A stretch of 32,000 bases of DNA from Nostoc punctiforme PCC 73102 (GCF_000020025.1 NC_010628.1:7830001-7862000); one strand, 5' to 3'. Positions 16,790 to 24,599 are shown, counted from the first letter of the stretch. Program-made: numbers and translations. The notes: a model not told the origin generated them from the letters alone.

Positions 16790-17206
16790 CTAAAATTCTG
16801 TCACCTGTCCTCTGTTAGACTTAACCTGTCCCCGCTTAGTTTTGTAGTCAAGGCGCTTTCTTTGAGAACTGCGAGTTGGTTTCGTGGGTTTGCGTTTTAT
16901 CGGTACGACAACTGCACTTTGAATGAGTTCTTGAAGTCGTTTCAAAGCTGATTCCCGATTGTTTTCTTGGCTTCGGTGTTCCTGTGCTTTGATGACAACA
17001 ACTCCTTCCTGGGTAATGCGTCGATCGTTCAGCTTTAAAAGCTGTTCTTTATAATAATCTGGTAATGATGAAGCGATAATATCGAAGCGTAAGTGAATCG
17101 CTGTGGAAACCTTATTTACATTCTGGCCTCCTGCTCCTTGCGAACGAATCGCACTAATTTCAATATCACTCTGCGGGATTATAACTTTGTTGGAAATTTG
17201 CAGCAT
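16790..17206 (-). CDS. arfB: Alternative ribosome-rescue factor ArfB (YaeJ-type peptidyl-tRNA hydrolase), 138 aa
   Basis: A GGQ motif is present (SQGAGGQNVNKVSTAIHLRFD). The size and the Lys/Arg-rich C-terminal tail (KRKPTKPTRSSQRKRLDYKTKRGQVKSNRG) match ArfB. Confidence 0.9.
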   Translation of the reverse strand: MLQISNKVIIPQSDIEISAIRSQGAGGQNVNKVSTAIHLRFDIIASSLPDYYKEQLLKLNDRRITQEGVVVIKAQEHRSQENNRESALKRLQELIQSAVVVPIKRKPTKPTRSSQRKRLDYKTKRGQVKSNRGQVTEF

Positions 17207-17251
17207 CGCTCACAAGGCAAAAGAGGAACTTTTCAATTTGGGATAAAATTT

Positions 17252-17506
17252 TTACTCGGTTTGTTCGGGAAAATCTATTACTACATTTTGGTCTTCATTA
17301 TTATCCAAATTCACCTCTAAAGTCTTTCCTTCTATTGTTACTTTATCACCTGGTACTAGTCGCCGCCCTCGTCGGGTTTCCAACATACCGTTTACTTGGA
17401 CATCGCCACCTTGAATCATTAGCTTGGCTTGTCCTCCAGTTGGCACTATACCCATCAACTTTAAATATTGGTTTAACTTAATTGTGTTGTCTCGGATTTT
17501 CTTCAT
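17252..17506 (-). CDS. Small S4-domain RNA-binding protein, YbcJ-like, 84 aa
   Basis: The YbcJ-type pattern is present: I.L.Q.LK..G...TGG.AK..I..G.V.VNG..E.RR.R.L..GD.V. It lies 45 bp upstream of arfB on the same strand. Confidence 0.75.
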   Translation of the reverse strand: MKKIRDNTIKLNQYLKLMGIVPTGGQAKLMIQGGDVQVNGMLETRRGRRLVPGDKVTIEGKTLEVNLDNNEDQNVVIDFPEQTE

Positions 17507-17645
17507 ACTAAATAAAACTACATCATCTTAATTGTATCGTGGTGCGATCGGGGCAAAGCGTGTATCTATTGCGCCACATAATCACCTAAGTGCAGTATTT
17601 CGTTGAATTCGTAGCGAATTAATTTGGTAATACCCTGCAATGCAA

Positions 17646-17813
17646 TGCAATGCCAATGCGTCCTCTGACAATGCCAATACGTCGGCTGACAATGCCAATA
17701 CGTCGGCTGACAATGCTAATGCGTCCTCTGACAATGCCAATGCGTCGGCTGATAATGCCAATGCGTCGGCTGACAATGCCAATGCGTCGTCTGGCAATGC
17801 CAATGCGTCCTGA
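17646..17813. repeat. Tandem array B: 8 copies of a 21-bp unit GACAATGCCAATGCGTCGGCT, preceded by a short (GCAAT)n run
   Basis: Unit boundaries read at 17646, 17667, 17688, 17709, 17730, 17751, 17772 and 17793. Confidence 0.9.
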
Positions 17814-17873
17814 TGCATTTAAAACGCAAATCAGCCTTTAGACTGATTTTACTAGGTAAATGTGGTGGAGCGT

Positions 17874-17900
17874 AGGCGTAGCCTGTCGTAGACATCGCTA
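17874..17900. repeat. 27-nt small dispersed repeat AGGCGTAGCC-TG-TCGTAGACATCGCTA (the empty form)
   Basis: The same two arms recur at 21433..21442 and 21511..21525, separated there by 68 nt. Confidence 0.7.
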
Positions 17901-18016
17901 AAACGAAAAACAGTAATGCCAGTTTATTATCTATAATGTTGATCGACAAAACTGCCAGATATAGGTGAAAAAACTAGTCTGGAAGGTTCTTTTAGTGTGT
18001 TCAGGGGACTGGATCT

Positions 18017-21000
18017 ATGATTAAGCTCGGTTTATTGGTACAGTCCCAGAATAACTCTTTGGGTATCGGCAAAGTTACGGAAATATCTGATACCAATGCA
18101 AACGTTGAGTATTTTTGCTCTATAGGGCAACGTCTTCAAAAAACTTTACCTTTAAGTTCGCTCTCTGAGGTCAGACTTGAACCACAGGCTCGATGCTATA
18201 TTAAGTCCCAAACTCAGGATAAATGGATAGTTGGGAGAGTTTTCATTTGGGATGAAGATACAGAAATGTATCAAATTGATTTACCAGATAAGAAAACTGC
18301 GATCGCTACTGAAGAAGACATTTACGTTCGTTGTAATCTCCCAAACACAGACCCCATCGAAACTCTAGCGATGAAGGGTCACGAAACGCCTTACTTCCAC
18401 GACAAAAGATTGGCTTTCGTCAAATCCTTGATTAAGCAACGCGCTGTCAGTCGCGGGATGACAGGACTGATTTCGGCAAATATTAATCTTTATCCTCACC
18501 AAGTTGAAGTAGTGCGGCGGGTACTGGAAGACCCAATTCAACGCTACTTGCTAGCAGACGAGGTGGGACTTGGAAAAACCATCGAAGCGGGTGCGATTCT
18601 CCGTCAATTCCTCTTGGATGAACCGAAAAGGGGTGCGGTGGTATTAGTTCCGCAATATTTACTCAAACAATGGCGGACTGAGTTAGAAAACAAGTTTTAC
18701 ATTTCCCATTTTGGCAAACGGGTAGCGGTGCTGGCGGTTGAAGATATCCATAAAATCAACCTGAAAGCGAGGATAGGCTGCTTAATTTTAGATGAAGCTC
18801 ATCATATCGCAGCAATGGCAACCTCCAAGGATGCAACAGTGCGCCAGCGTTTTCAGACTTGCAAAGAACTGGCTCATAAAAGCGATCGCTTACTTTTATT
18901 ATCTGCCACTCCTGTTCTCAATCATGAGCAAGATTTCTTGGCAATGTTGCACTTGCTCGACCCAGCAACCTATAAAATTGGTGATTTAGCAGGTTTTCGC
19001 GCCAAAGTTGAAAGCCGTCAGGAAATTGGTAGACTTCTGCTTTCTTTCAAAGAAGGTGCTGAACCTGCTGTACTCAAAAGCAACTTGCAGCAACTACGAA
19101 ACCTCGTAACTGAGGATAAGTATTTACAGAAGCTGGCGGATGATTTAGAAAATTGTTTACAAGCAAATTCTACCGAGCAAGATCAAATAGTCCAAGCGAT
19201 TCGCACCCACGTCAGCGATATCTATCGACTACACCGCCGAATGCTTCGCAACCGTCGCGCGGCGGTGGAAGATGTGATCTTTGACCGCAATTTTACGCCC
19301 AAAGAAGAGTATGATTTAGACGAGCGATCGCCTGATATCCACGAACTACTCAATCAATGGCGTGGTGTTGCTCCTGGTGAAAAACAATATCAGCGAATTT
19401 TTCTCTTGTTATTCCTCGCTGCTGGTACCTGGTTAGGCATATTAGAACAGGTAATTACCGCCCGGTTAACTGGTAAGCCTCATGCTAAACTCACCCAGGA
19501 GTTTAAAGAAGATGATATTCGCCTATTAACTACAACCCCCAAATTCTCAGGCGAAGAAGAGATTCTGCAATCCTTCCTCAAAATTATTCGTCAACCCCAA
19601 GAAGATGGAGGACGGACGGAAAATTTGAAAACAGTGCTGCTGAATCAGCTAGGTACATACTTCAAAATTCCCGCAAACGTTCGGAAGAATCAAAAAGAAT
19701 TCATTACCAGAATACAGCAGAGAATCAAGAGGCCAATTTCTGGCGATATTCTGCCCAAATTTATTGTATTCACCAGCTTTGTGCAAACTTGTGGCGAAAT
19801 CGTCCGGTATTTGTCTGATACCTTTGGTGCAGAGACAATAGCCAAACATCAATTTGGAGAATCACCAGACAAAGTTGAGGAAGGCTTAAGTAAGTTTAGG
19901 AATAACCCCAACTGCTTTATTCTAGTATGCGATCGCTCTGGAGAAGAAGGACTCAACCTGCAATTTGCCGATTGGTTAATTCATTTTGACCTTCCTTGGT
20001 CGCCGAATCAATTAGAGCAAAGACTTGGTAGACTTGACCGCATTGGTAGCAAAATTGGAGTTCAATCTTGTGTCTTGATTGGCCCCTATTTGGAAGATAG
20101 CCCTCACAATGCTTGGTATCAAGTATTGAAAGATGGCTTTGGTATTTTCCAACAATCAATTGCGAGTTTACAGTTTTATGTGGATGATAAACTTGCAGAA
20201 TTAGAAACAGCTTTATTTCAATCCAGTGCTGCTGGATTGTTGGAGATGATTTCGCCAATTCAAGAGCAAATTGAAGCCGAAATCGCCAAAATTAGCGAAC
20301 AAAATGCTCTAGATGAAATTGACGCTAACGATGAAATTGCCACCGAGTATTTTCAAGAACTCGATAATTACGATGCTTGTCATCTAGAAATGAAACGAGC
20401 AATTGAAGGCTGGATTTGTGAAGCATTGGGATTTAGAGGACTCAATAACCCCGACTCATCAGAGATGCGACGTTATCAACCTTCAACGCGGACATTGGTT
20501 CCCATAAATGAGTTAAAAAACCGTTTTGCTGATAGTTACTTAGACCAATTTGGTACTTATAATCGCAGAGTAGCAAACCAGAATCCTGGTATTAAACTCT
20601 TTCGAGTCGGGGAAGGATTTGTTGAAGCACTATGGAACTACATAAACTGGGATGACCGAGGTGAAGCCTTTGCTCTGTGGCGCACTGATTCATCTTGGGA
20701 TGCCAAAGAAGGGAAAGAATGGTTCGGTTTCCAATGCAACTATGTAGTCGAGGCAAATTTAAGAATTGCCAAACAAGTTTTACTAGATAACAAACTAGAT
20801 AATTCTCAATTCAAAAACTTGCAGCGACGTGTTGATGCTCTATTTCCACCAATTATAGAAACTATCTATGTTGATGGTCGTAACGAGCCAATACGCGTTG
20901 TTGAAGATAAAGCTCTTTTAAGTATCCTGCAACGTCCATATAAAGATAAAAACAACAATCAAGGACGAGATTACAATCTCGCAAAAGAGCGCTTAGGAAT

Positions 21001-21328
21001 TATTGACGATTTTGTTGATCCTAGTAAATGGCAAAATTTCTGCTATGAAGTACGTAACACCTCTGCGGAATTACTTTCAAATCGTCCCGATTTTATTGAC
21101 TTATGCCAAAGTTGTTCTAAAGTCGCTGAGAAGAAATTAGCCAATAGAGTAGAACAATTACGCCTGCGTTTGAACCAACAAAGTTGGGATAATGCATTAG
21201 CTGAAGAATTGAAGATCGAAACTGCTTTAAATGCAGCCATTCTACAAGGTATTCGCCAGCCCCAGATTAGGCTTGATTCTGTCGGTTTTATTGTTGTATC
21301 GGGGCGATCGCTTGTGCAATTTGAGTGA
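18017..21328 (+). CDS. SNF2-family ATPase, RapA-like (RNA-polymerase-associated remodeller type), 1103 aa
   Basis: Motif I is LLADEVGLGKTIEAG, motif II is LILDEAHHI and motif III is LLLSATP. Motifs V and VI read GEEGLNLQFA..IHFDLPWSPNQLEQRLGRLDRIGS. A Tudor-like N-terminal region resembles RapA. These are near-identical to the E. coli RapA motifs as I remember them. Confidence 0.85.
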   Translation: MIKLGLLVQSQNNSLGIGKVTEISDTNANVEYFCSIGQRLQKTLPLSSLSEVRLEPQARCYIKSQTQDKWIVGRVFIWDEDTEMYQIDLPDKKTAIATEEDIYVRCNLPNTDPIETLAMKGHETPYFHDKRLAFVKSLIKQRAVSRGMTGLISANINLYPHQVEVVRRVLEDPIQRYLLADEVGLGKTIEAGAILRQFLLDEPKRGAVVLVPQYLLKQWRTELENKFYISHFGKRVAVLAVEDIHKINLKARIGCLILDEAHHIAAMATSKDATVRQRFQTCKELAHKSDRLLLLSATPVLNHEQDFLAMLHLLDPATYKIGDLAGFRAKVESRQEIGRLLLSFKEGAEPAVLKSNLQQLRNLVTEDKYLQKLADDLENCLQANSTEQDQIVQAIRTHVSDIYRLHRRMLRNRRAAVEDVIFDRNFTPKEEYDLDERSPDIHELLNQWRGVAPGEKQYQRIFLLLFLAAGTWLGILEQVITARLTGKPHAKLTQEFKEDDIRLLTTTPKFSGEEEILQSFLKIIRQPQEDGGRTENLKTVLLNQLGTYFKIPANVRKNQKEFITRIQQRIKRPISGDILPKFIVFTSFVQTCGEIVRYLSDTFGAETIAKHQFGESPDKVEEGLSKFRNNPNCFILVCDRSGEEGLNLQFADWLIHFDLPWSPNQLEQRLGRLDRIGSKIGVQSCVLIGPYLEDSPHNAWYQVLKDGFGIFQQSIASLQFYVDDKLAELETALFQSSAAGLLEMISPIQEQIEAEIAKISEQNALDEIDANDEIATEYFQELDNYDACHLEMKRAIEGWICEALGFRGLNNPDSSEMRRYQPSTRTLVPINELKNRFADSYLDQFGTYNRRVANQNPGIKLFRVGEGFVEALWNYINWDDRGEAFALWRTDSSWDAKEGKEWFGFQCNYVVEANLRIAKQVLLDNKLDNSQFKNLQRRVDALFPPIIETIYVDGRNEPIRVVEDKALLSILQRPYKDKNNNQGRDYNLAKERLGIIDDFVDPSKWQNFCYEVRNTSAELLSNRPDFIDLCQSCSKVAEKKLANRVEQLRLRLNQQSWDNALAEELKIETALNAAILQGIRQPQIRLDSVGFIVVSGRSLVQFE

Positions 21329-21367
21329 TAAAATTTCCGCTTAAATAGCTTTAGTCACTGTACTAAC

Positions 21368-21395
21368 CCCATCCCGTTTCAGGGATGGGTTTTTT
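21368..21395 (+). terminator. Rho-independent terminator of the SNF2 gene
   Basis: CCCATCCC (21368..21375) pairs with GGGATGGG (21382..21389) across a 6-nt loop. T6 follows at 21390..21395. It lies 40 nt after the stop codon. Confidence 0.8.
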
Positions 21396-21432
21396 AAGAC
21401 TTGCAAATATCTTGAAGGAGGTAGCAGGCAGA

Positions 21433-21525
21433 AGGCGTAGCCCGCACTTCTCTACGAGACGCTCCGCGAACGACATGGTTCGACTGCGCTCACCAGCCGC
21501 TCAGTGACCATCGTAGACATCGCTA
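21433..21525. repeat. Filled copy of the 27-nt small dispersed repeat, carrying a ~68-nt nested insert
   Basis: The structure is AGGCGTAGCC + 68 nt (CGCACTTCTCTACGAGACGCTCCGCGAACG...CTCAGTGACCA) + TCGTAGACATCGCTA. Confidence 0.7.
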
Positions 21526-21662
21526 CAAAAGCGATCGCTTAACTATAAACGGAGCGATCGCCCTTTGGGGAAACTTGAGGAGCGATCGCTCCATTTCAAA
21601 TTTTCGAGAAATAAGACAGAGGGCAGAAGATTTGACTTATTTTTTTCATTCATAGGGATGGC

Positions 21663-21877
21663 GTGCAGCCTGTAAGAGCTTCCGTCTACCCTGCAAGAGC
21701 TTCCGCCTTCACGTTTGAGTGTTTCGCGCAGCCTGTAAGAGCTTCCGTCTTCCCTGTAAGAGCTTCCGCCTTCACGTTTGAGTGTTTCGCGCAGCCTGCA
21801 AGAGCTTCCGTCTTAAGAGCAAGAGCTTCCGCCTTCACGTTTGCGTATTACGCGCAGGCTGTAAGAGCTTCCGTCTT
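21663..21877. repeat. Tandem array C: about 3.4 copies of a 63-bp unit that itself contains two 21-bp sub-repeats CCTGTAAGAGCTTCCG(T/C)CTTC
   Basis: Units run 21663..21725, 21726..21788 and 21789..21851, with a partial unit at 21852..21877. Confidence 0.85.
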
Positions 21878-22108
21878 GACATTAGCAAAAACATACTTGC
21901 GTTATACCTATTTTTACTTAATAGAATACGATTCATTAGTGCCGACTTAAGGTGAAACCCTTACCCAGACAGGATTTTGAATTATCCCCCGCAGTGGCTC
22001 CTGGGCACTCAACTTATTTGCTCTCAATTATGCCCTTAGAAAGATGATTTAAAAGTGATTGGCTGTAATTTTAGGCACTTTTAGCTCCCCCCTAACCCCT
22101 CTTAAAAA

Positions 22109-22277
22109 GGCTATGGTGTACACACAAGTATAGACCACAAGGGTTTCAACTCTTTTAGCCCCATAAATACCCCAATTTTGGGCAACTCGAAACTTAATTT
22201 CTCCCCCTAATTTTAGGGCTAGGGCAACGAAACCAAGTTTTAGGTGGGATTTCAAGACTTCTGTGTACACCGTAGCC
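22109..22277. mobile_element. 169-bp MITE-like element with 20-bp terminal inverted repeats (18/20 match)
   Basis: GGCTATGGTGTACACACAAG (22109..22128) matches the reverse complement of 22258..22277 (GGCTACGGTGTACACAGAAG). It has no coding capacity. No clear target-site duplication is visible. Confidence 0.5.
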
Positions 22278-22336
22278 AACACCAGGGAAGGCTGAACGTC
22301 GCCACGGGAATCAATCGTGAGGATTGTAATGTGCAT
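22278..22336 (-). pseudogene. Remnant of about 20 codons from the 5' end of a GT1/GT28-type glycosyltransferase gene
   Basis: MHITILTIDSRGDVQPSLVL matches the N-terminal (I/L)(L/A)..GSRGDV(Q/E)P signature of MGT/GtfB-type glycosyltransferases, with G->D. Similarity ends exactly at the MITE-like inverted repeat. Confidence 0.4.
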
Positions 22337-22474
22337 ATTGTATGGTTTGTTACCACAGTAGTTTTAATGCACAATTTAAGAAAATTAATTATATATTTTT
22401 TGACTTTAACTGAAAAATAAGTAAGTATTAACACTTGTGATACAGAAACAAAGTGATTATTGTGAAAGTCGAAG

Positions 22475-23569
22475 ATGAAACGTTCAAATCGCCTTGCTTG
22501 GATGGGAGCGATCGCACTCGCTGCGATCGTTTTGCTTACTTTGTTAGTGGCTCCCAATAATACAAAAATTAGCACTGGCTCTACTTTTAACCGCGCCTCT
22601 GATGGATATGGGGCTTGGTATGCTTTTATGCAACAGAAAGGAATTTCTATCAAGCGTTGGCAAAAACCTTTTAGTGATATTCAGGCAGAAAATAGCCCAG
22701 TTACCTTTCTACAGGTAAGCGCCTATCCAAGGGAGACGACACTGGATAATCAAGAGCGGGAATGGGTAGAAAAAGGGAATACTTTGGTAATTTTAGGTGC
22801 AGGGGCACGGGTTACAGAAGCGGAGTTTAGCACTATGCAAAAATCTCCCCAAGGTGAGATTAAAATTGATACACGTAGACGATATCAGAAAGCTAACTCC
22901 AAGCAAGTTGATTTAGGCGATCGCTTTGGTGCTGTTGTTTGGGAAAAAAATTACAACAAAGGAAAGGTGATTTTTTCTACCACTCCTTATTTAGCCGCCA
23001 ACGCTTACCAAGATTATTTAAGTAATTTCAAGTATCTCGCTAGTTTAGTAACTGAAAAAGGTAACACAGTACTTGTAGATGAATACATCCACGGCTATAA
23101 AGATGCCGATGTCAGGAAGAAAGAAAGCGAAGGAGATTTATCTAGCTTTTTTGCTAAAACTCCCTTATTTCCAATATTAATACAGCTAGGTATCCTGCTA
23201 TTAGTGCTAACTTGGGCGCAGAATCGCCGCTTTGGCAAGCCAGTAGCTTTAGAAACACCAGTTGCAGATAATAGCGAAGCATATATCCAAGCTTTAGCGG
23301 GAGTCTTGCAGAAAGCTGATAGCACCGACTTTGTTGTCGAGATGGTGGGTAAACAAGAACAACTCCAACTACAAAAAGCCTTGGGATTAGGACAAGTACT
23401 TTTAGAACGTCAAGCCTTAATCAATTTTTGGAAAGAAAAAACAGGCACAAGTGCAGCGGAACTAGATGCAGTTTTAAAGCTACAATCCCACAAACAACCC
23501 ATCAGCGAACGAGAACTGTTAAGCTGGTTGGGCAAATGGCGAAGCATTAGGGAAATTCGTAATTCGTAA
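22475..23569 (+). CDS. DUF4350-like membrane-anchored protein (N-terminal TM, periplasmic domain, second TM, C-terminal helical region), 364 aa
   Basis: An N-terminal signal anchor reads AWMGAIALAAIVLLTLLVA. An internal TM reads LFPILIQLGILLLVLTW. It lies immediately upstream of a MoxR ATPase, as is typical of DUF4350 genes. The family call is from memory of this context. Confidence 0.6.
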   Translation: MKRSNRLAWMGAIALAAIVLLTLLVAPNNTKISTGSTFNRASDGYGAWYAFMQQKGISIKRWQKPFSDIQAENSPVTFLQVSAYPRETTLDNQEREWVEKGNTLVILGAGARVTEAEFSTMQKSPQGEIKIDTRRRYQKANSKQVDLGDRFGAVVWEKNYNKGKVIFSTTPYLAANAYQDYLSNFKYLASLVTEKGNTVLVDEYIHGYKDADVRKKESEGDLSSFFAKTPLFPILIQLGILLLVLTWAQNRRFGKPVALETPVADNSEAYIQALAGVLQKADSTDFVVEMVGKQEQLQLQKALGLGQVLLERQALINFWKEKTGTSAAELDAVLKLQSHKQPISERELLSWLGKWRSIREIRNS

Positions 23570-23578
23570 TTCGTAATT
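23554..23578. repeat. Heptamer tandem repeat (AATTCGT) x3 plus a partial unit
   Basis: The sequence reads AATTCGTAATTCGTAATTCGTAATT. It encodes the last residues (..IRNS) and the TAA stop of the DUF4350-like gene. Confidence 0.8.
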
Positions 23579-23648
23579 ATTTTTTTGAAACTGTGCATAA
23601 GATTTCTGTGCCTGAGTACTTCTGAGTAAATTATTTATAAGAAAAAAA

Positions 23649-24599
23649 ATGAGCGAAACTCATCCTATCTTAATTCGTCTTGGTCAAGGCCTTAATCAAG
23701 TAATTGTTGGACAATCGAGCCTAATACAACAACTTTTAGTAGCACTACTAGCGGGTGGACACGTAATTTTAGAAGGAGTGCCAGGAACTGGTAAAACTCT
23801 CCTCGTAAAAGTATTAGCGCAGTTAATCCAAGGGAATTTCCGCCGAATTCAACTAACACCAGATGTCTTACCTTCAGATATTACCGGGACAAATATTTTT
23901 GACTTGAATAGCCGCAATTTCACTTTGAAAAAAGGGCCAATATTTACCGAAGTCCTGCTAGCAGACGAAATCAACCGTACTCCTCCCAAGACACAAGCAG
24001 CGCTGCTGGAAGCGATGGAAGAGATGCAGGTAACATTGGATGGTGAAAGTTTGCCCTTACCAGATTTATTTTGGGTGATTGCAACCCAAAATCCTCTGGA
24101 ATTTGAGGGGACTTATCCTTTACCAGAAGCGCAATTGGATAGATTTTTATTTAAGTTAGTGGTAGATTACCCCGATCAAGCTGCGGAAAAGCAAATGTTA
24201 CTCAATCGTCAGGCTGGTTTTTCAGCAAGGCGTTTGGATATTAGCCGTTTGAAACCGATAGCAACAGTAGCCGACATTTTACAAGCACGACAAGCAGTTA
24301 AAGAAGTTAAAGTATCAGAAGCGATCGTTGATTATTTGTTAGCCTTGGTGAGAATATCGCGTCAATATCCCGATTTAACTTTAGGTGCATCACCTCGCGC
24401 CGCCGGTGCTTGGTTGCAGACATCTCAAGCATTAGCGTGGTTAGCTGGCAGAGATTTTGTCACGCCAGATGATGTAAAAGCAGTTGCATCGCCACTGCTG
24501 CGTCATCGCCTCATTTTGAAACCAGAAGCAATGCTGGATGGTTTACAAATGGATGCGGTAATTGCGTCGGTAATTAATCAAGTACCAGTTCCAAGGTGA
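23649..24599 (+). CDS. MoxR-family AAA+ ATPase, 316 aa
   Basis: Walker A is EGVPGTGKT and Walker B is LLADEINR. Also TPPKTQAALLEAMEE and ATQNP.E.EGTYPLPEAQLDRF. The size matches MoxR. Confidence 0.92.
   Translation: MSETHPILIRLGQGLNQVIVGQSSLIQQLLVALLAGGHVILEGVPGTGKTLLVKVLAQLIQGNFRRIQLTPDVLPSDITGTNIFDLNSRNFTLKKGPIFTEVLLADEINRTPPKTQAALLEAMEEMQVTLDGESLPLPDLFWVIATQNPLEFEGTYPLPEAQLDRFLFKLVVDYPDQAAEKQMLLNRQAGFSARRLDISRLKPIATVADILQARQAVKEVKVSEAIVDYLLALVRISRQYPDLTLGASPRAAGAWLQTSQALAWLAGRDFVTPDDVKAVASPLLRHRLILKPEAMLDGLQMDAVIASVINQVPVPR

Noticed and set aside
14298-17813. Reading the tandem arrays as CRISPR arrays
   Set aside because: The units are contiguous with no unique spacers. The 21-bp period is too short, and no cas genes or leader are present.
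17582-17949. Three overlapping ORFs (78, 63, 77 aa) over array B, including an Ala/Leu heptad peptide DALALSA x8
   Set aside because: Three of the six frames are open over the same repeat, which is the signature of a stop-free tandem repeat rather than a gene. No start context is visible. The coiled-coil-like heptad is an automatic consequence of the 21-nt period.
18017-21328. SNF2 helicase as part of a defence system (DISARM, Zorya, BREX-like)
   Set aside because: No partner genes (methylase, PLD or DUF1998, ZorA/B, etc.) lie adjacent. The motif set and N-terminal region match RapA-type RNA-polymerase-associated ATPases. The gene has its own terminator.
21663-21950. 95-aa ORF (VRASVYPARASAFTFECFAQP...) across the 63-bp array
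   Set aside because: It is repeat-generated, has a non-ATG start and low-complexity composition, and sits in a repeat graveyard.
22135-22200. GTTTCAAC...CTCGAAAC segment inside the MITE-like element, which superficially resembles a cyanobacterial CRISPR repeat
   Set aside because: It is a single copy of about 51 nt with no neighbouring repeat or spacer units. It is better explained as internal structure of the MITE-like element.
22049-22653. Minus-strand ORFs of 95 aa and 133 aa
   Set aside because: The 133-aa ORF is antisense to the start of the DUF4350-like gene and has an odd composition. Only the first ~20 codons of the 95-aa ORF look protein-like (the glycosyltransferase remnant). The rest reads through the MITE-like element and other repeats.
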